Shown here one piece after another: positions 50,610 through 60,851 of a stretch of DNA of 64,000 nucleotides. The notes under the pieces are model-generated. The model did not search any database and had not been told where the DNA came from. It saw only the letters and a program-made list of their open reading frames with translations. This DNA is from an uncultured Arenicella sp. (GTDB taxonomy: Bacteria > Pseudomonadota > Gammaproteobacteria > Arenicellales > Arenicellaceae). Positions within the stretch are counted from its first letter, which is position 1; the number at the start of each line of letters is the position of its first letter. The DNA lies in contig CAKZRZ010000014.1 in NCBI GenBank assembly GCA_937918955.1, forward strand, positions 20,080-84,079, written 5' to 3'. The position numbers and the translations under genes are program-made.

Positions 50610-51254
50610 TTATGCCGGGCGAACAGAAACCTTAATTTTCACTCGGTCACCTGGATGTTGATCAAACTTTGAGTAAAAGATCTTGCCCTTATACTTATAG
50701 CCTACGTCGTAACCTACTACTCTTTCTTTGGTGACGTACGAGTCTTTTAACTCACATTGCTGCACTGTTTCATAGCGAGTAGAGTGGCGCTGATCGTCAT
50801 ACCTATTTGAGTAGCGTTCGTTGTATTTACGCTGATTTCGAACGTCACGCCCGATTGAACCGCCTAAAACTGCGCCGGCTACCGTGGCTACATCTCTAGC
50901 TTTACCGCCTCCGCGCTTGCCTACCTGATTACCGATTACACCACCGATAATGGCACCTATAACATCAGGTGTGCGGCTTTTGCTACGTGATGAATAATGC
51001 CGTGAACGGTCGTAGTAATCATCTGTATATGCCACACGCTCATTCCAACAATGCTCAACTGGCTGGTTAACTTGGTAGGTTTCAATTAGCGGATCCACGC
51101 TCACTACCCGCGCATAGTCATAACTAGAATTGTCATAACTATTTCGATACTTGGCAGCAGATGCTGGCAAAGCCACTGTTGCAATACTGATTGCAGCCAT
51201 TACTGAAACAGCGATTCTGGTTTTAGACTTATTTTTCAATGATTGCTTAGTCAT
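50610..51254 (-). CDS. glycine zipper 2TM (YcfJ-like) secreted protein
   Basis: Signal peptide, YARVVSVDP, GAIIGGVIGNQVG.GG..ATVAGAVLGG, VVGYDV.Y.Y.G…PG; RBS AGGAG before ATG 51254. Confidence 0.85.
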   Translation of the reverse strand: MTKQSLKNKSKTRIAVSVMAAISIATVALPASAAKYRNSYDNSSYDYARVVSVDPLIETYQVNQPVEHCWNERVAYTDDYYDRSRHYSSRSKSRTPDVIGAIIGGVIGNQVGKRGGGKARDVATVAGAVLGGSIGRDVRNQRKYNERYSNRYDDQRHSTRYETVQQCELKDSYVTKERVVGYDVGYKYKGKIFYSKFDQHPGDRVKIKVSVRPA

Positions 51255-51315
51255 AGTGAGACTCCTAAAGTTACCTAAATGGTAGTTTCGATGGAGCCAC
51301 TTTACGCAAACAATG

Positions 51316-51333
51316 CTGAATGGAAACTGAATG
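51316..51333 (-). promoter_or_regulatory. PhoP-type direct repeat CATTCAG-N4-CATTCAG upstream of the YcfJ-like gene
   Basis: Perfect 7-nt direct repeat with 11-nt period, followed by -10-like TAAAGT; resembles the Pseudomonas PhoP box (GTTCAG-N5-GTTCAG). Confidence 0.6.
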
Positions 51334-51422
51334 CTTTTCTTCAAATCAAATATTTCAATCCAAGTATCCACTAAAGTCTTTTAAAATCATAACCTTAATA
51401 GCATTATTTAAGTACTTAAATC

Positions 51423-52529
51423 TTAGGATTCTAACTCACGCAACCGCGCTAACAGCACGTCGCCAACGGCTTTTTCTCGCCAACCTTTAAGCAATTTCTT
51501 TGATTGCCGATGACGATATAAGCTCTCAATATCTTTGCGCGTACCCAATAAGGCTTGCGCAACTTCAAGCTCTTCTGATATCGACTTGAGACGCTTCATT
51601 AAATCACTGCACAGGCTTTTTTCTTGTTTTGTTAGCGGGTCTACTTTGCGCCATAAACGCTCTTCAGAAGCTTTAACACTGCCCATAATTTCAAGTGCTA
51701 AGGGAGCCAAATAAACAACCGACTTTCTGCCAAAAACGCCCAAATCTTTTATCGCTTGCTCGGTTTTGGGTTGTTGCATCACTAAATCATACAGCTTGTC
51801 ATCGCGCATAACCCAAGACCTTGGGATATCTCGCTTTTGAGCTGTTGCCTCGCGCCATTCGGCTAAGGCTTTTAACACATGTTGCTGCTTGATCTTTAAG
51901 TTGCCGCCCGATAATCGTTTGTATGCGAGCGCCGGATCAATAACGTATTTATCAAGCTCATAGTAACTTTCAATCTCCTCTTGATACCAATCAAAGCGAT
52001 TTCTTTGCTCTAGTAGCTCTTTCGTTTGGCGATACAGCTCTTCTAAATGAGCCACATCGTCGCCCGCGTACTCAATTTGGTCGGCCGACAAGGGCCTGCG
52101 AGTCCAGTCAGTTCTTGATTGAGTTTTGGGAAGCTCAACGCCAGTGCGTTCAAGCACCATGGCACCATAACCTTGTTGCATGTCGCCACCACAAAAGGCA
52201 CTGGCAAGCTGGGTATCAAATATCGGCTTTGGCAGCACGCCTAAGGTTTGATAAATAACCTCCATATCTTGCCGCGCTGCATGAAAAAGTTTGAGAACCC
52301 TCTCATCAGCGAACAAAGCGGTTAGCGACGATAGATCATCAATGGCTAAAACATCGATACAATACTGATGTTCACCAATACCCAACTGCACCAAACACAG
52401 CTTGGCGTTGTAGGTTTTCTCTCGTAAAAACTCAGTATCGACCGCGACCACACCCGATTGATCTCCAAGTTGCTTAAACTGGGGCTCTAACTCCGTGAGC
52501 TGATGCTGCTCCTCGATCAGGTGATTCAT
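51423..52529 (-). CDS. rnd: ribonuclease D
   Basis: AVDTEF.RE.TY..KLCLVQ, LFHAARQD, FDTQLA, SRTDW..RPL…YA..DV, HRDC domain. Confidence 0.94.
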   Translation of the reverse strand: MNHLIEEQHQLTELEPQFKQLGDQSGVVAVDTEFLREKTYNAKLCLVQLGIGEHQYCIDVLAIDDLSSLTALFADERVLKLFHAARQDMEVIYQTLGVLPKPIFDTQLASAFCGGDMQQGYGAMVLERTGVELPKTQSRTDWTRRPLSADQIEYAGDDVAHLEELYRQTKELLEQRNRFDWYQEEIESYYELDKYVIDPALAYKRLSGGNLKIKQQHVLKALAEWREATAQKRDIPRSWVMRDDKLYDLVMQQPKTEQAIKDLGVFGRKSVVYLAPLALEIMGSVKASEERLWRKVDPLTKQEKSLCSDLMKRLKSISEELEVAQALLGTRKDIESLYRHRQSKKLLKGWREKAVGDVLLARLRELES

Positions 52530-52673
52530 ATTTTTTTTGGTAACACTTCTTATGTTTTAGTTTGATGATGCTAACATGCGCCCAGCAACTGGGCTATTCA
52601 AATAATAATTTTGCTTCTCAAACCCTAGCCTTTAGTATTATTGGCGTCATTTACATCAATACCGCATTGTTTC

Positions 52674-53231
52674 ATGCAAATCATTAATCAGTTATACGAG
52701 ATAGCGCTGCGAAAACGTCAGCCTGCCGACCTAAATTACAGCTTAGAAACCGCGATCGTCTTAACTATGACGATGATCTTTCTTCGGTATTATTCTTATT
52801 CGCAAATGGAGTCTTTGACTAGTCCAGCGTTTTACGCAGTGCTTTCGATTATCGGCGAACTTGGATTGATCTATGCCTTACTGAAGAGCAAACAAAAAGA
52901 TAACCGTTTTGTTCAGACGATCACCGCTCTATTTGGCGTGACGCTTTTGATGTCAATCGCGATCCTAGTCGCAGCTGTGATCCCGTTCGTACAGCTGACG
53001 ATTCTCTTCTTGATGATATGGTCGCTTTACTTAATGATCGTTATTTTACGATCAGCGCTCGATTGCTCTACACTGATGGCGATTTTGCTCACTGTTGCCT
53101 ACAACGCGGCTGGCTACTTACTAGTGGTGATTCTTATGCCGAAGTTTCAAACGGAGATATTGCTCGAGTTTGAAAAAATCGCTGCAGCGATTGAACAAGC
53201 GAAAGAAGCCGCCCAGCAACAAGCCAATTAA
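52674..53231 (+). CDS. hypothetical integral membrane protein
   Basis: About five TM helices (R..PADL.YS, RFVQTITAL.G); upstream of mpl. Confidence 0.75.
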   Translation: MQIINQLYEIALRKRQPADLNYSLETAIVLTMTMIFLRYYSYSQMESLTSPAFYAVLSIIGELGLIYALLKSKQKDNRFVQTITALFGVTLLMSIAILVAAVIPFVQLTILFLMIWSLYLMIVILRSALDCSTLMAILLTVAYNAAGYLLVVILMPKFQTEILLEFEKIAAAIEQAKEAAQQQAN

Positions 53232-53255
53232 GCCTTAAAAACCCAACGGACTAAA

Positions 53256-54617
53256 ATGAATATTCACATTATCGGAATTTGCGGCACGTTTATGGGCGGC
53301 GTTGCGAGACTCGCAAAAGATCTCGGCATGACCGTAACAGGCTCTGATGCGAATACCTACCCGCCAATGAGCACTCAATTAGAGGCGCTTGGGGTTGAAC
53401 TCTTTGAAGGGTATTCAGCCATTAATATCCCCGAAAACGTCGACGTCGTTATTGTCGGCAATACCATTTCTCGAGGTAATCCTGAACTTGAAGCAGTATT
53501 AGATCAGGGGCTTGCTTACACATCAGGGGCTCAATGGCTTGGTGAACATGTGCTTCAAGGTCGATGGGTATTGGCTGTTGCGGGCACTCATGGCAAGACT
53601 ACCACGAGCAGCTTATTGGCATGGCTACTTGAGGACAACGACCTATCTCCAGGCTACTTAATTGGTGGCGTGCCTGAAAACTTTGGCGAATCGGCTCGCT
53701 TAGGCACTACCCCATTTTTCGTTATCGAAGCTGATGAATATGACACTGCATTTTGCGATAAGCGTTCTAAGTTTGTGCATTACCGCCCCCGAACCTTGGT
53801 GTTAAACAATTTGGAGTTTGACCACGCCGATATCTTCGCAGATCTAAAGGCAATTCAAACTCAGTTTAACCATCTTCTTAAGACTGTGCCGCAACATGGG
53901 CAAGTGATTTATAACCAAAATTCAGGGGCGTTAGATGAGGTATTAGACATGGGCTGCTGGAGCGAGCTTAAAAGTTTTAATAGCAATGAGAGCGACTGGA
54001 AAGTCAGCAAAATCAAAAACGACGCGTCGCATTTTTTGCTGTCTCACGCAGATCAAGAGTACGAGGTGCGTTGGCACCTATTTGGCGATCACAATATGGC
54101 AAACGCGGTCGCCGCAATTGCCGCTGCTCATCATGTTGGTATTCCAGTTGCGAACTCTATAGAGTCTCTTCGGGCGTTCAAGTCGGTCAAGCGACGTATG
54201 GAACTGATTTTCGATCAAGATGATATTCGCGTATTTGATGACTTTGCGCACCACCCTACTGCCATTAGCGAAACCCTTGGCGGGCTTCGGCGTAGCGTTG
54301 GCAACGAACAGATCATAGCCATATTAGAACCACGCTCCAATACTATGAAACAAGGTGTGCACAAACATTTGCTTGCCGATGCCTTGCAGCAAGCAGACCA
54401 TACTTTGGTATACGCTGATAGCAATGTTAAGTGGGATATCAATGAACTGCAGTCGGATGAAAACTCGATTCAAGCCTACGATCAAACCGAAGCTCTGCTA
54501 GATCAAATTATTTTTCTCATTGATCAACACCAAGGCTCCAGTAATGTACTAATAATGAGTAATGGCGGTTTTGAAAACCTTTATCAACGACTGACGCATC
54601 GCCTTGAGTCTACTTGA
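53256..54617 (+). CDS. mpl: murein peptide ligase Mpl
   Basis: IHIIGICGTFMGG, YPPMSTQL, AVAGTHGKTTT, FVIEADEYDTAF.DKRSKF, DDFAHHPTAI, EPRSNTMK. Confidence 0.95.
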   Translation: MNIHIIGICGTFMGGVARLAKDLGMTVTGSDANTYPPMSTQLEALGVELFEGYSAINIPENVDVVIVGNTISRGNPELEAVLDQGLAYTSGAQWLGEHVLQGRWVLAVAGTHGKTTTSSLLAWLLEDNDLSPGYLIGGVPENFGESARLGTTPFFVIEADEYDTAFCDKRSKFVHYRPRTLVLNNLEFDHADIFADLKAIQTQFNHLLKTVPQHGQVIYNQNSGALDEVLDMGCWSELKSFNSNESDWKVSKIKNDASHFLLSHADQEYEVRWHLFGDHNMANAVAAIAAAHHVGIPVANSIESLRAFKSVKRRMELIFDQDDIRVFDDFAHHPTAISETLGGLRRSVGNEQIIAILEPRSNTMKQGVHKHLLADALQQADHTLVYADSNVKWDINELQSDENSIQAYDQTEALLDQIIFLIDQHQGSSNVLIMSNGGFENLYQRLTHRLEST

Positions 54618-54848
54618 TAGAGTCAAACACTACTTATCTTGCTTCATCTTTGACAAATTTTGCCATCAAACAATGTTAAGCTAGCGTTAATGTTGCTTAG
54701 GGCAAAATACCGTTAAAGTTGAGTGTGAAACAAGGCAGGCTTAGGCTTCACACAATTTTATTATAAAGCGTAAACAACGCAATTATCACGAAATAGTTAT
54801 TTAGAGAAACGTATGAAAAGCACATCTTCACAACATAGGTATTCAAAT

Positions 54849-55487
54849 ATGAATAAAACTCTTAAGACAGGTTTATTCGCTATTGTCGCAAGCGTATTAA
54901 TGGCTTGTCAGGGAGAAACAATCGCCCAGACTGTCGACTCTAGTAAATATCAAGAAACTCGCGAGCCGATCACGGTAACCACTGGCGACAAAATTGAAGT
55001 TGCTGAGCTATTTTGGTTTGGCTGTAGCCATTGTTTCGCGCTTGAGCCAGCATTAAAAGAGTGGAAGAAAAACATGCCAGCGAATGCTGAGTTTAAGAAA
55101 GTTCCTGCAATTTTCAGCAAGCAATGGGAGTTTCATGGCCAAGCGTTCTACACCATGCAAGCACTTGATGCGCCAGAAGTGGCCTACGACGAGTTCTTTA
55201 ATGCAATTCACTTAAAACGTAACCCGCTAAACAGCATGGGCCGATTGGTCGCGTTCTTGGAAGATTATGATTTCACTGAAGAGCAAGTTGAGTCGGCATT
55301 TAACTCATTTGATGTTAATAACAAAATGCGCGCGGCCAAAAAGATTACTCGTCAATCGGGCGCGAATGGTGTACCAGCCTTAGTTGTTGATGGTAAATAC
55401 CTAACTAGCCAACGCTTAAGCGGCGGAACAGCGCAAATGTTTAAGGTAGTTGATCAACTAGTTGGCAAAGCGGCCAAAGAGCGTTAG
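54849..55487 (+). CDS. dsbA: thiol:disulfide interchange protein DsbA (probable lipoprotein, CSHC site)
   Basis: IEVAELFWFGCSHCF, GVPALVVDGKY; LMA-C lipobox-like signal. Confidence 0.88.
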   Translation: MNKTLKTGLFAIVASVLMACQGETIAQTVDSSKYQETREPITVTTGDKIEVAELFWFGCSHCFALEPALKEWKKNMPANAEFKKVPAIFSKQWEFHGQAFYTMQALDAPEVAYDEFFNAIHLKRNPLNSMGRLVAFLEDYDFTEEQVESAFNSFDVNNKMRAAKKITRQSGANGVPALVVDGKYLTSQRLSGGTAQMFKVVDQLVGKAAKER

Positions 55488-55505
55488 ACTAAAGCGAATT
55501 AAGCT

Positions 55506-55536
55506 AAAAAGGCTGTCTTCGGACGGCCTTTTTTTT
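55506..55536 (+). terminator. Rho-independent terminator after dsbA
   Basis: aaaaaggctgtc-ttcg-gacggcc followed by T-run. Confidence 0.88.
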
Positions 55537-55614
55537 GCCTGAAATTTTGTTTCAAAACAAAGAAACAATTACAAACATAATGACTCCAAACTTTTTTAAC
55601 GGTGAAACAACATC

Positions 55615-56961
55615 ATGGTAGATGCAATCATTACGCCTAATGGCGACCTGGATATTTTATCTAAAAGCGAAATCGCGAGCTTGCAAGATTCAAGCAACAA
55701 CGTTTACGCCAAGCTTTTCAGAGACTGCGCGCTTGCGGTTCTTAGCACTGGTGCAGACAGTGATGACGGTCATGCGCTATTAGCTGCTCACGCAGAGTTT
55801 GAAATCGAGCTCATGAGCTCTGCTCGTGGCGTTAAATTGAAGTTAAGCAACGCCCCTAAAAACGCCTTCGTTGGCGGCAAAATCATCGAAGGCATTCGTA
55901 ATCACCTGTTCGCAGTATTGCGAGACATTGTATTTCTTCAAGACCAAGTTGAAGTCTGGGAAAAAAACGGCGAGTCGATTACCGACATGGTGTTCAAAAC
56001 CTTGCGACATGCTAAAGCGCTGAAGCCGCGTAAGCGCCCTAACCTAGTTGTATGCTGGGGCGGTCACTCAATCAGCGACTATGAGTACGATTACACCAAG
56101 GAGGTAGGTTATCGCCTAGGGCTTCGTGGGCTAGATATCTGCACTGGTTGCGGTATCGGCGCCATGAAAGGCCCAATGAAAGGCGCGGCTATCGCACACG
56201 CCAAACAGCGAGTAACTGATGCGCGCTATATCGGTATTACCGAGCCAGGCATCATTGCCTCAGAGGCGCCTAATGCGGTGGTTAATGAGCTAATCATTAT
56301 GCCTGACATCGAAAAACGCTTAGAAGCATTCGTGCGCCTAGGACACGGTATCGTTGTGTTTCCTGGTGGTGCAGGCACGGCCGAAGAAATTCTCTACATT
56401 CTTGGTGTGATGCTTCATGAAAAGAACAAAGATGTAAAGGTTCCACTGGTCTTTACTGGCCCAGAAGCAAGCAAAGCCTATTTTGAACAGATGGATGCGT
56501 TTATTGGTAAAACATTAGGCTCTGAGGCGCAGGCTTTATACGAAGTAATTATCGATGACCCAGTACAGGTTGCAAAACATATGTGCAAATCGATGAAGAA
56601 GGTTTACAAGAACCGTCGCAAACTCGACGATGCGTTTTTCTATAACTGGTCATTGACTATTGAAGAGCCGTTTCAATATGCTTTTGAGCCAACCCACGCA
56701 AACATGGCGTCGTTAAATCTTCAAAAAGGCCAAAATGCCGCTAGCTTAGCTGCCAACCTACGTCGCGCATTCTCAGGCATTGTTGCAGGTAACGTGAAGC
56801 CGAATGGTATTCAATCGATCAAAGACTACGGTCCGTATACGCTTGATGGAGACCCCGAAATAATGGCATCTCTAGACGCTCTACTTGCCAGCTTTGTCCA
56901 ACAAAAGCGCATGAAGCTGTCAGGCGAATATACGCCTTGTTATAAATTACTATCAGCGTAA
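55615..56961 (+). CDS. ppnN: nucleotide 5'-monophosphate nucleosidase PpnN (YgdH)
   Basis: LVVCWGGHSI, ICTGCG.GAMKGPMKGA, MPDIEKRLEAFVR, FPGGAGTAEE, LRRAFSGIVAGNVK. Confidence 0.94.
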   Translation: MVDAIITPNGDLDILSKSEIASLQDSSNNVYAKLFRDCALAVLSTGADSDDGHALLAAHAEFEIELMSSARGVKLKLSNAPKNAFVGGKIIEGIRNHLFAVLRDIVFLQDQVEVWEKNGESITDMVFKTLRHAKALKPRKRPNLVVCWGGHSISDYEYDYTKEVGYRLGLRGLDICTGCGIGAMKGPMKGAAIAHAKQRVTDARYIGITEPGIIASEAPNAVVNELIIMPDIEKRLEAFVRLGHGIVVFPGGAGTAEEILYILGVMLHEKNKDVKVPLVFTGPEASKAYFEQMDAFIGKTLGSEAQALYEVIIDDPVQVAKHMCKSMKKVYKNRRKLDDAFFYNWSLTIEEPFQYAFEPTHANMASLNLQKGQNAASLAANLRRAFSGIVAGNVKPNGIQSIKDYGPYTLDGDPEIMASLDALLASFVQQKRMKLSGEYTPCYKLLSA

Positions 56962-56970
56962 GTAGAGTTT

Positions 56971-57489
56971 TTATACAAGCGATTTGTGCATAACAAAGGC
57001 GTCAACCAGCCCAAGCTTTGGATGGTTGAACGCCTTTGGCAAACGCCCTACTTTTTCAAACCCCAGCTTCAACCATAAGTTAACGGCCACTTCATTCGAC
57101 GCGGCAACAAAATTAAACTGCATCGCCAAATACCCCAGCTCGAGTGCTTGTTGTTGCGAATGTAAACACATAGCGGTAGCAGCGCCCTTCCCTCGCGCAG
57201 CTGAACTTACCATGTAGCCACAATTACACACGTGTTTGCCCGGGCCAGATTGATTGGTTTTGATGTAGTAGCTTCCGACTACCTGCTCATTAACCAAAGC
57301 AACATAACATCGCTGTGTTTGCAGCAGCCATAATCGTTCAGCTTCTTGCTTGCCGATATCAGGCTCGTAAGCATAGGTGTCACCGCGTTGCACAACGTCT
57401 GAAAAGATCGGCCAAATCAATTCAAATTCATCAGCATGCGCTTCGCGAATAATCAGTTGTTGTGGATCAAACGCGCCCTTATCCATCAC
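56971..57489 (-). CDS. GNAT family N-acetyltransferase
   Basis: GDTYAY, NQSGPG.HVCNCGYMV, AMQFNFV..SN, VGRLP.AF.HP. Confidence 0.88.
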   Translation of the reverse strand: MMDKGAFDPQQLIIREAHADEFELIWPIFSDVVQRGDTYAYEPDIGKQEAERLWLLQTQRCYVALVNEQVVGSYYIKTNQSGPGKHVCNCGYMVSSAARGKGAATAMCLHSQQQALELGYLAMQFNFVAASNEVAVNLWLKLGFEKVGRLPKAFNHPKLGLVDAFVMHKSLV

Positions 57490-57764
57490 TTTTTGCTAAA
57501 AAGGTCGGGCATATACTTCATGATATAACCGACCAACAGCGCGACCACAAAGCTTGAAAGAAACGCAAAGCGCAAACCTCGCCAAGGGAATGCGATCTGT
57601 TGCTCTGAGGCCAAAAAATAAAAGCCAGTGCCAGCAACTAGGCTGGCCCCTGCGGCTGAGAGAACACAAGGCAATAAAAATCGCTTCTTATCAAACCAAT
57701 GCAAAGCAATCGCGAGAAATATCGCGACGGCCGTGATGATTAATGGCAGGCTCTTAGCTAGCAT
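57486..57764 (-). CDS. hypothetical small membrane protein (3 TM)
   Basis: 92-aa hydrophobic ORF overlapping the GNAT start. Confidence 0.65.
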   Translation of the reverse strand: MLAKSLPLIITAVAIFLAIALHWFDKKRFLLPCVLSAAGASLVAGTGFYFLASEQQIAFPWRGLRFAFLSSFVVALLVGYIMKYMPDLFSKK

Positions 57765-57846
57765 CTAAGAATGGTCGTGAGATAATTAGCGTTAATAAAA
57801 TCAGCTTCATAAAATCGATCTAGCTTGGTTAACTACGCACACGCGC

Positions 57847-58944
57847 TTATTGCATGCCCAAAGTGTGTTTGTTGTAGCGAGCCAAAAAAGGCGCAGTCAA
57901 ACTGGTCACGTAAATATAATCGTCGGTTTCAGCGACACCTGTTGTTGCATAGGCCTCGCCATTAGGTGCTTGCAGATTCTCGAGTACCTTGCCATTTGCG
58001 TCTATCGCCACCACCATGCCATACGGAAGCACATTGGGCCGCATCGCTTCAGGTAAACGCTGAATAACCTTTCGCCAAAATGGCTCACCGGCGAGGTCAT
58101 CCAGTATTTGCGATCGCGGCGAGGTAATGCCTATCCAATAGCGACCATTCTTACCGAGATGCACGTTATCAGGAAAGCCAGGCAGATTATCGATAATCAC
58201 CTCGCTCTTACCTGCCTGTGCACCCGAGATCCAATGCTTCCAAACGCGATATTCACCGGTCTCTGCAACCAAAATAAATTGCCCTGCAGGGTCAGCTGCA
58301 ACGCCGTTTGAAAATGTTAAACCGCTCATCACGGTGCGGGCAATATTACTCGCCGGATCATACTCAATGACTCGGCCATTATCGCTGTGCTCAAGAATAT
58401 CTAACAAACTAGCCGCCAGAGTACTGTCATAGTCAGCCGCGGCGAACCGAGTAGATGCATCGCTAAAATAAATTTTGCCGTTGGGGGCGATTGCGACATC
58501 ATCGGCATAGCGCACAGCGACACCGTCTACTTCAGTAACCACGGTAGTTAAGTCTCCCGTTGCGCTTAACTTCATTAAGCCAGTGTAGGCATTGGCAATC
58601 CAAAGGTTTCCAGCCGCATCAAAGTCTATCCCAAGTGGCCGTCCTCCAACTTCCGCGAAAGGCACGCCAACGGTTTGATCGTCGTCCCAACGCATTAGCC
58701 AGCCTTCGTGTGTTGCCGAAATCAAACTGCCGTCGGGGCTTTGCACAGCGGCTTCTGGGCCACTCATATCTCCCATGGTTAGCTTGTCAAATGACTTGAG
58801 CTTTTGATTAATCTCAAAGTCGCCAACGTAGCCTAGGTTTACCGGCGCTTTCCAGCCGACCGGCTCTACAGGCACTGGCCAGAAAAACAGATAGGCTAAA
58901 GCAAAGACAATGGTCAGTGCGATAATATTTAGGACCGCGCGCAT
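57847..58944 (-). CDS. strictosidine synthase/SMP-30 family beta-propeller protein
   Basis: GPE, GGRPLG, IYFSDAS, L.F.NGV, NLPGFPDN. Confidence 0.88.
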   Translation of the reverse strand: MRAVLNIIALTIVFALAYLFFWPVPVEPVGWKAPVNLGYVGDFEINQKLKSFDKLTMGDMSGPEAAVQSPDGSLISATHEGWLMRWDDDQTVGVPFAEVGGRPLGIDFDAAGNLWIANAYTGLMKLSATGDLTTVVTEVDGVAVRYADDVAIAPNGKIYFSDASTRFAAADYDSTLAASLLDILEHSDNGRVIEYDPASNIARTVMSGLTFSNGVAADPAGQFILVAETGEYRVWKHWISGAQAGKSEVIIDNLPGFPDNVHLGKNGRYWIGITSPRSQILDDLAGEPFWRKVIQRLPEAMRPNVLPYGMVVAIDANGKVLENLQAPNGEAYATTGVAETDDYIYVTSLTAPFLARYNKHTLGMQ

Positions 58945-59708
58945 TAGATTGTAAAGCCACCATCAACAACGATGCTCTCGCCAGTGGTATAGCTGCTAGC
59001 GTCTGAGGCTAAATACAATACAGTGCCTGCCATTTCGCTTGGTTCAGCATGGCGTCGCATCGGAATGGTCGCCATTGCGGCCTTATGCATGTTTTCATTT
59101 TCAAACAAAGCACCCGCGAACTTGGTTTTTGTTAAGCCTGGCAGCAAAGCATTAACGCGAATATTAAATTGAGCACACTCCTTGGCAAACGACTTAGTCA
59201 TATTAATCACCGCCGCCTTAGTAATTGAATAAATTCCTTGATGCTGGCCAGGTTGCAGGCCATTGATCGACGCGGTATTAATAATAGAGCCACCACCGTT
59301 GTCTTTCATTAACTTGCCGCCTTCAATCGACATAAAAAAGTAACCGCGAACATTTACATCAACGGTTTTGTTGTAAGCGCCGAGGTCGGTATCCAAAATA
59401 TGACCAAAATATGGATTGGCCGCCGCATTGTTGACCAAAATATCGAGTTTGCCGTACTTCGCTTTAATGTTCTCAAAGGTCTCTTTGATGTTTTCCATAT
59501 CACCAATGTGGCAAGCCATGGTTTCGGCACTGCCTCCGTCGGCCTTAATGTCAGCAACAACTTGATCACATGACTCTGCTCTGCGGCTCGAAACGATTAC
59601 ATGCGCGCCCTGTTCAGCGAATAGCTTAGCAATTGACTCACCAATGCCTCGGCTTGCGCCCGTTACTAAGGCTACTTTGCCAGTTAAATCGAATAGTTGA
59701 GTCGACAT
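58944..59708 (-). CDS. SDR family oxidoreductase
   Basis: TGASRGIG, LVNNAA.NP, YSITKAA, NALLPG. Confidence 0.92.
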   Translation of the reverse strand: MSTQLFDLTGKVALVTGASRGIGESIAKLFAEQGAHVIVSSRRAESCDQVVADIKADGGSAETMACHIGDMENIKETFENIKAKYGKLDILVNNAAANPYFGHILDTDLGAYNKTVDVNVRGYFFMSIEGGKLMKDNGGGSIINTASINGLQPGQHQGIYSITKAAVINMTKSFAKECAQFNIRVNALLPGLTKTKFAGALFENENMHKAAMATIPMRRHAEPSEMAGTVLYLASDASSYTTGESIVVDGGFTI

Positions 59709-59769
59709 AAATCTCTCCAAAATTAATTATTATGTATGTTGCTTTATCGCATGGTTTTTACGAACTTCT

Positions 59770-60291
59770 CTAGACGCCGATTCGCATCTTACCGAGAAAG
59801 TCGGCTTTACCTAATGGTACACCTTGGGCCCGCAAAATATCGTATGCAGTTGTTGTATGAAAATTAAGATTTGGCAAAGAGAACGACAATATGAAGTTTT
59901 CAGCGGTAAACGGAATCTCTCGCCCTCCGAATTTAAAGATCACGGTTTTGCCTTGCTTGGCATTAACAGAATCAGCCGACACCTGATTTAGCTCTTCAAG
60001 AGTCTCGCTAACCATTGCTTGCAGACCGGCATAATCTCGTTGTTCGGTGCTCTTTGGCGGGCTGAATTCACCTTTTTCAAGTGACTCTAGGGCATCAACA
60101 GTATGCATGCGAGCACAGTTCACTTGGAACAAAAAGGGCAACATATCAGAATGAACACTCGCCTTTACAAAGTCATCAACATTCAATTGATTTTCAGCTG
60201 CATACTCGGCGCCTTTTTGTAATACGATTGATAAACCGCTAAGCGATTGCAAAAACGACCCAACGCTAATGTCATAAAGTGTGTTACTCAT
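59770..60291 (-). CDS. DUF1993 domain protein
   Basis: DMLPF..QV, FSLPN..FH.TTAYDILR..GVPLGK.DF. Confidence 0.88.
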   Translation of the reverse strand: MSNTLYDISVGSFLQSLSGLSIVLQKGAEYAAENQLNVDDFVKASVHSDMLPFLFQVNCARMHTVDALESLEKGEFSPPKSTEQRDYAGLQAMVSETLEELNQVSADSVNAKQGKTVIFKFGGREIPFTAENFILSFSLPNLNFHTTTAYDILRAQGVPLGKADFLGKMRIGV

Positions 60292-60373
60292 TTAATACCT
60301 CTTGTTATCTAATGAATGGTGCTTATTCGTTGTGTGGGGCCATGCTGCACGGGCGGCAAGCATGGCGACTAGA

Positions 60374-60718
60374 CTAGTTCTTTTTAACGACGCTCGATTT
60401 AAGTTTGATTGCGCCAAAGCCATCAATTTTGCAATCAATGTCGTGCCCATCAGACACATATTCAGGGTCAAGCACGCGAATATTTTTAACTTTGGTGCCT
60501 ACCTTGATCGTGTTTGAAGAGCCTTTTATTTTCAGGTCGCGAATCACGGTTACTGTGTCGCCATCGGCCAATTCATTGCCATTTGAACAACGTACTACCT
60601 GCACATCGTCTTGGTCGCTGGCAGACCACTCGTGACCGCATTCTGGGCAATTGAAAAGCTCACGATCTTGATACGCGTAGCTTGAGCCACACGCCGGGCA
60701 CGGAAGGATATCTGACAT
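60374..60718 (-). CDS. yjdM: zinc-ribbon protein YjdM (PhnA)
   Basis: CPAC.S.Y.Y…CPECGHEW, DGDTVTVIRDLKIKG, HDIDCKIDGFG. Confidence 0.92.
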   Translation of the reverse strand: MSDILPCPACGSSYAYQDRELFNCPECGHEWSASDQDDVQVVRCSNGNELADGDTVTVIRDLKIKGSSNTIKVGTKVKNIRVLDPEYVSDGHDIDCKIDGFGAIKLKSSVVKKN

Positions 60719-60851
60719 AACGATAATCTAGAATGTGTTAACGACAAAACACAAGTATCGCAGCAAATACAAAATGCTTAAAGGGAAACCATTCTTAGTA
60801 TGGTGCTGGCGCTAAAGGCTCCCCTCTTTGAGTGCAAGAAAAAACTCTATA

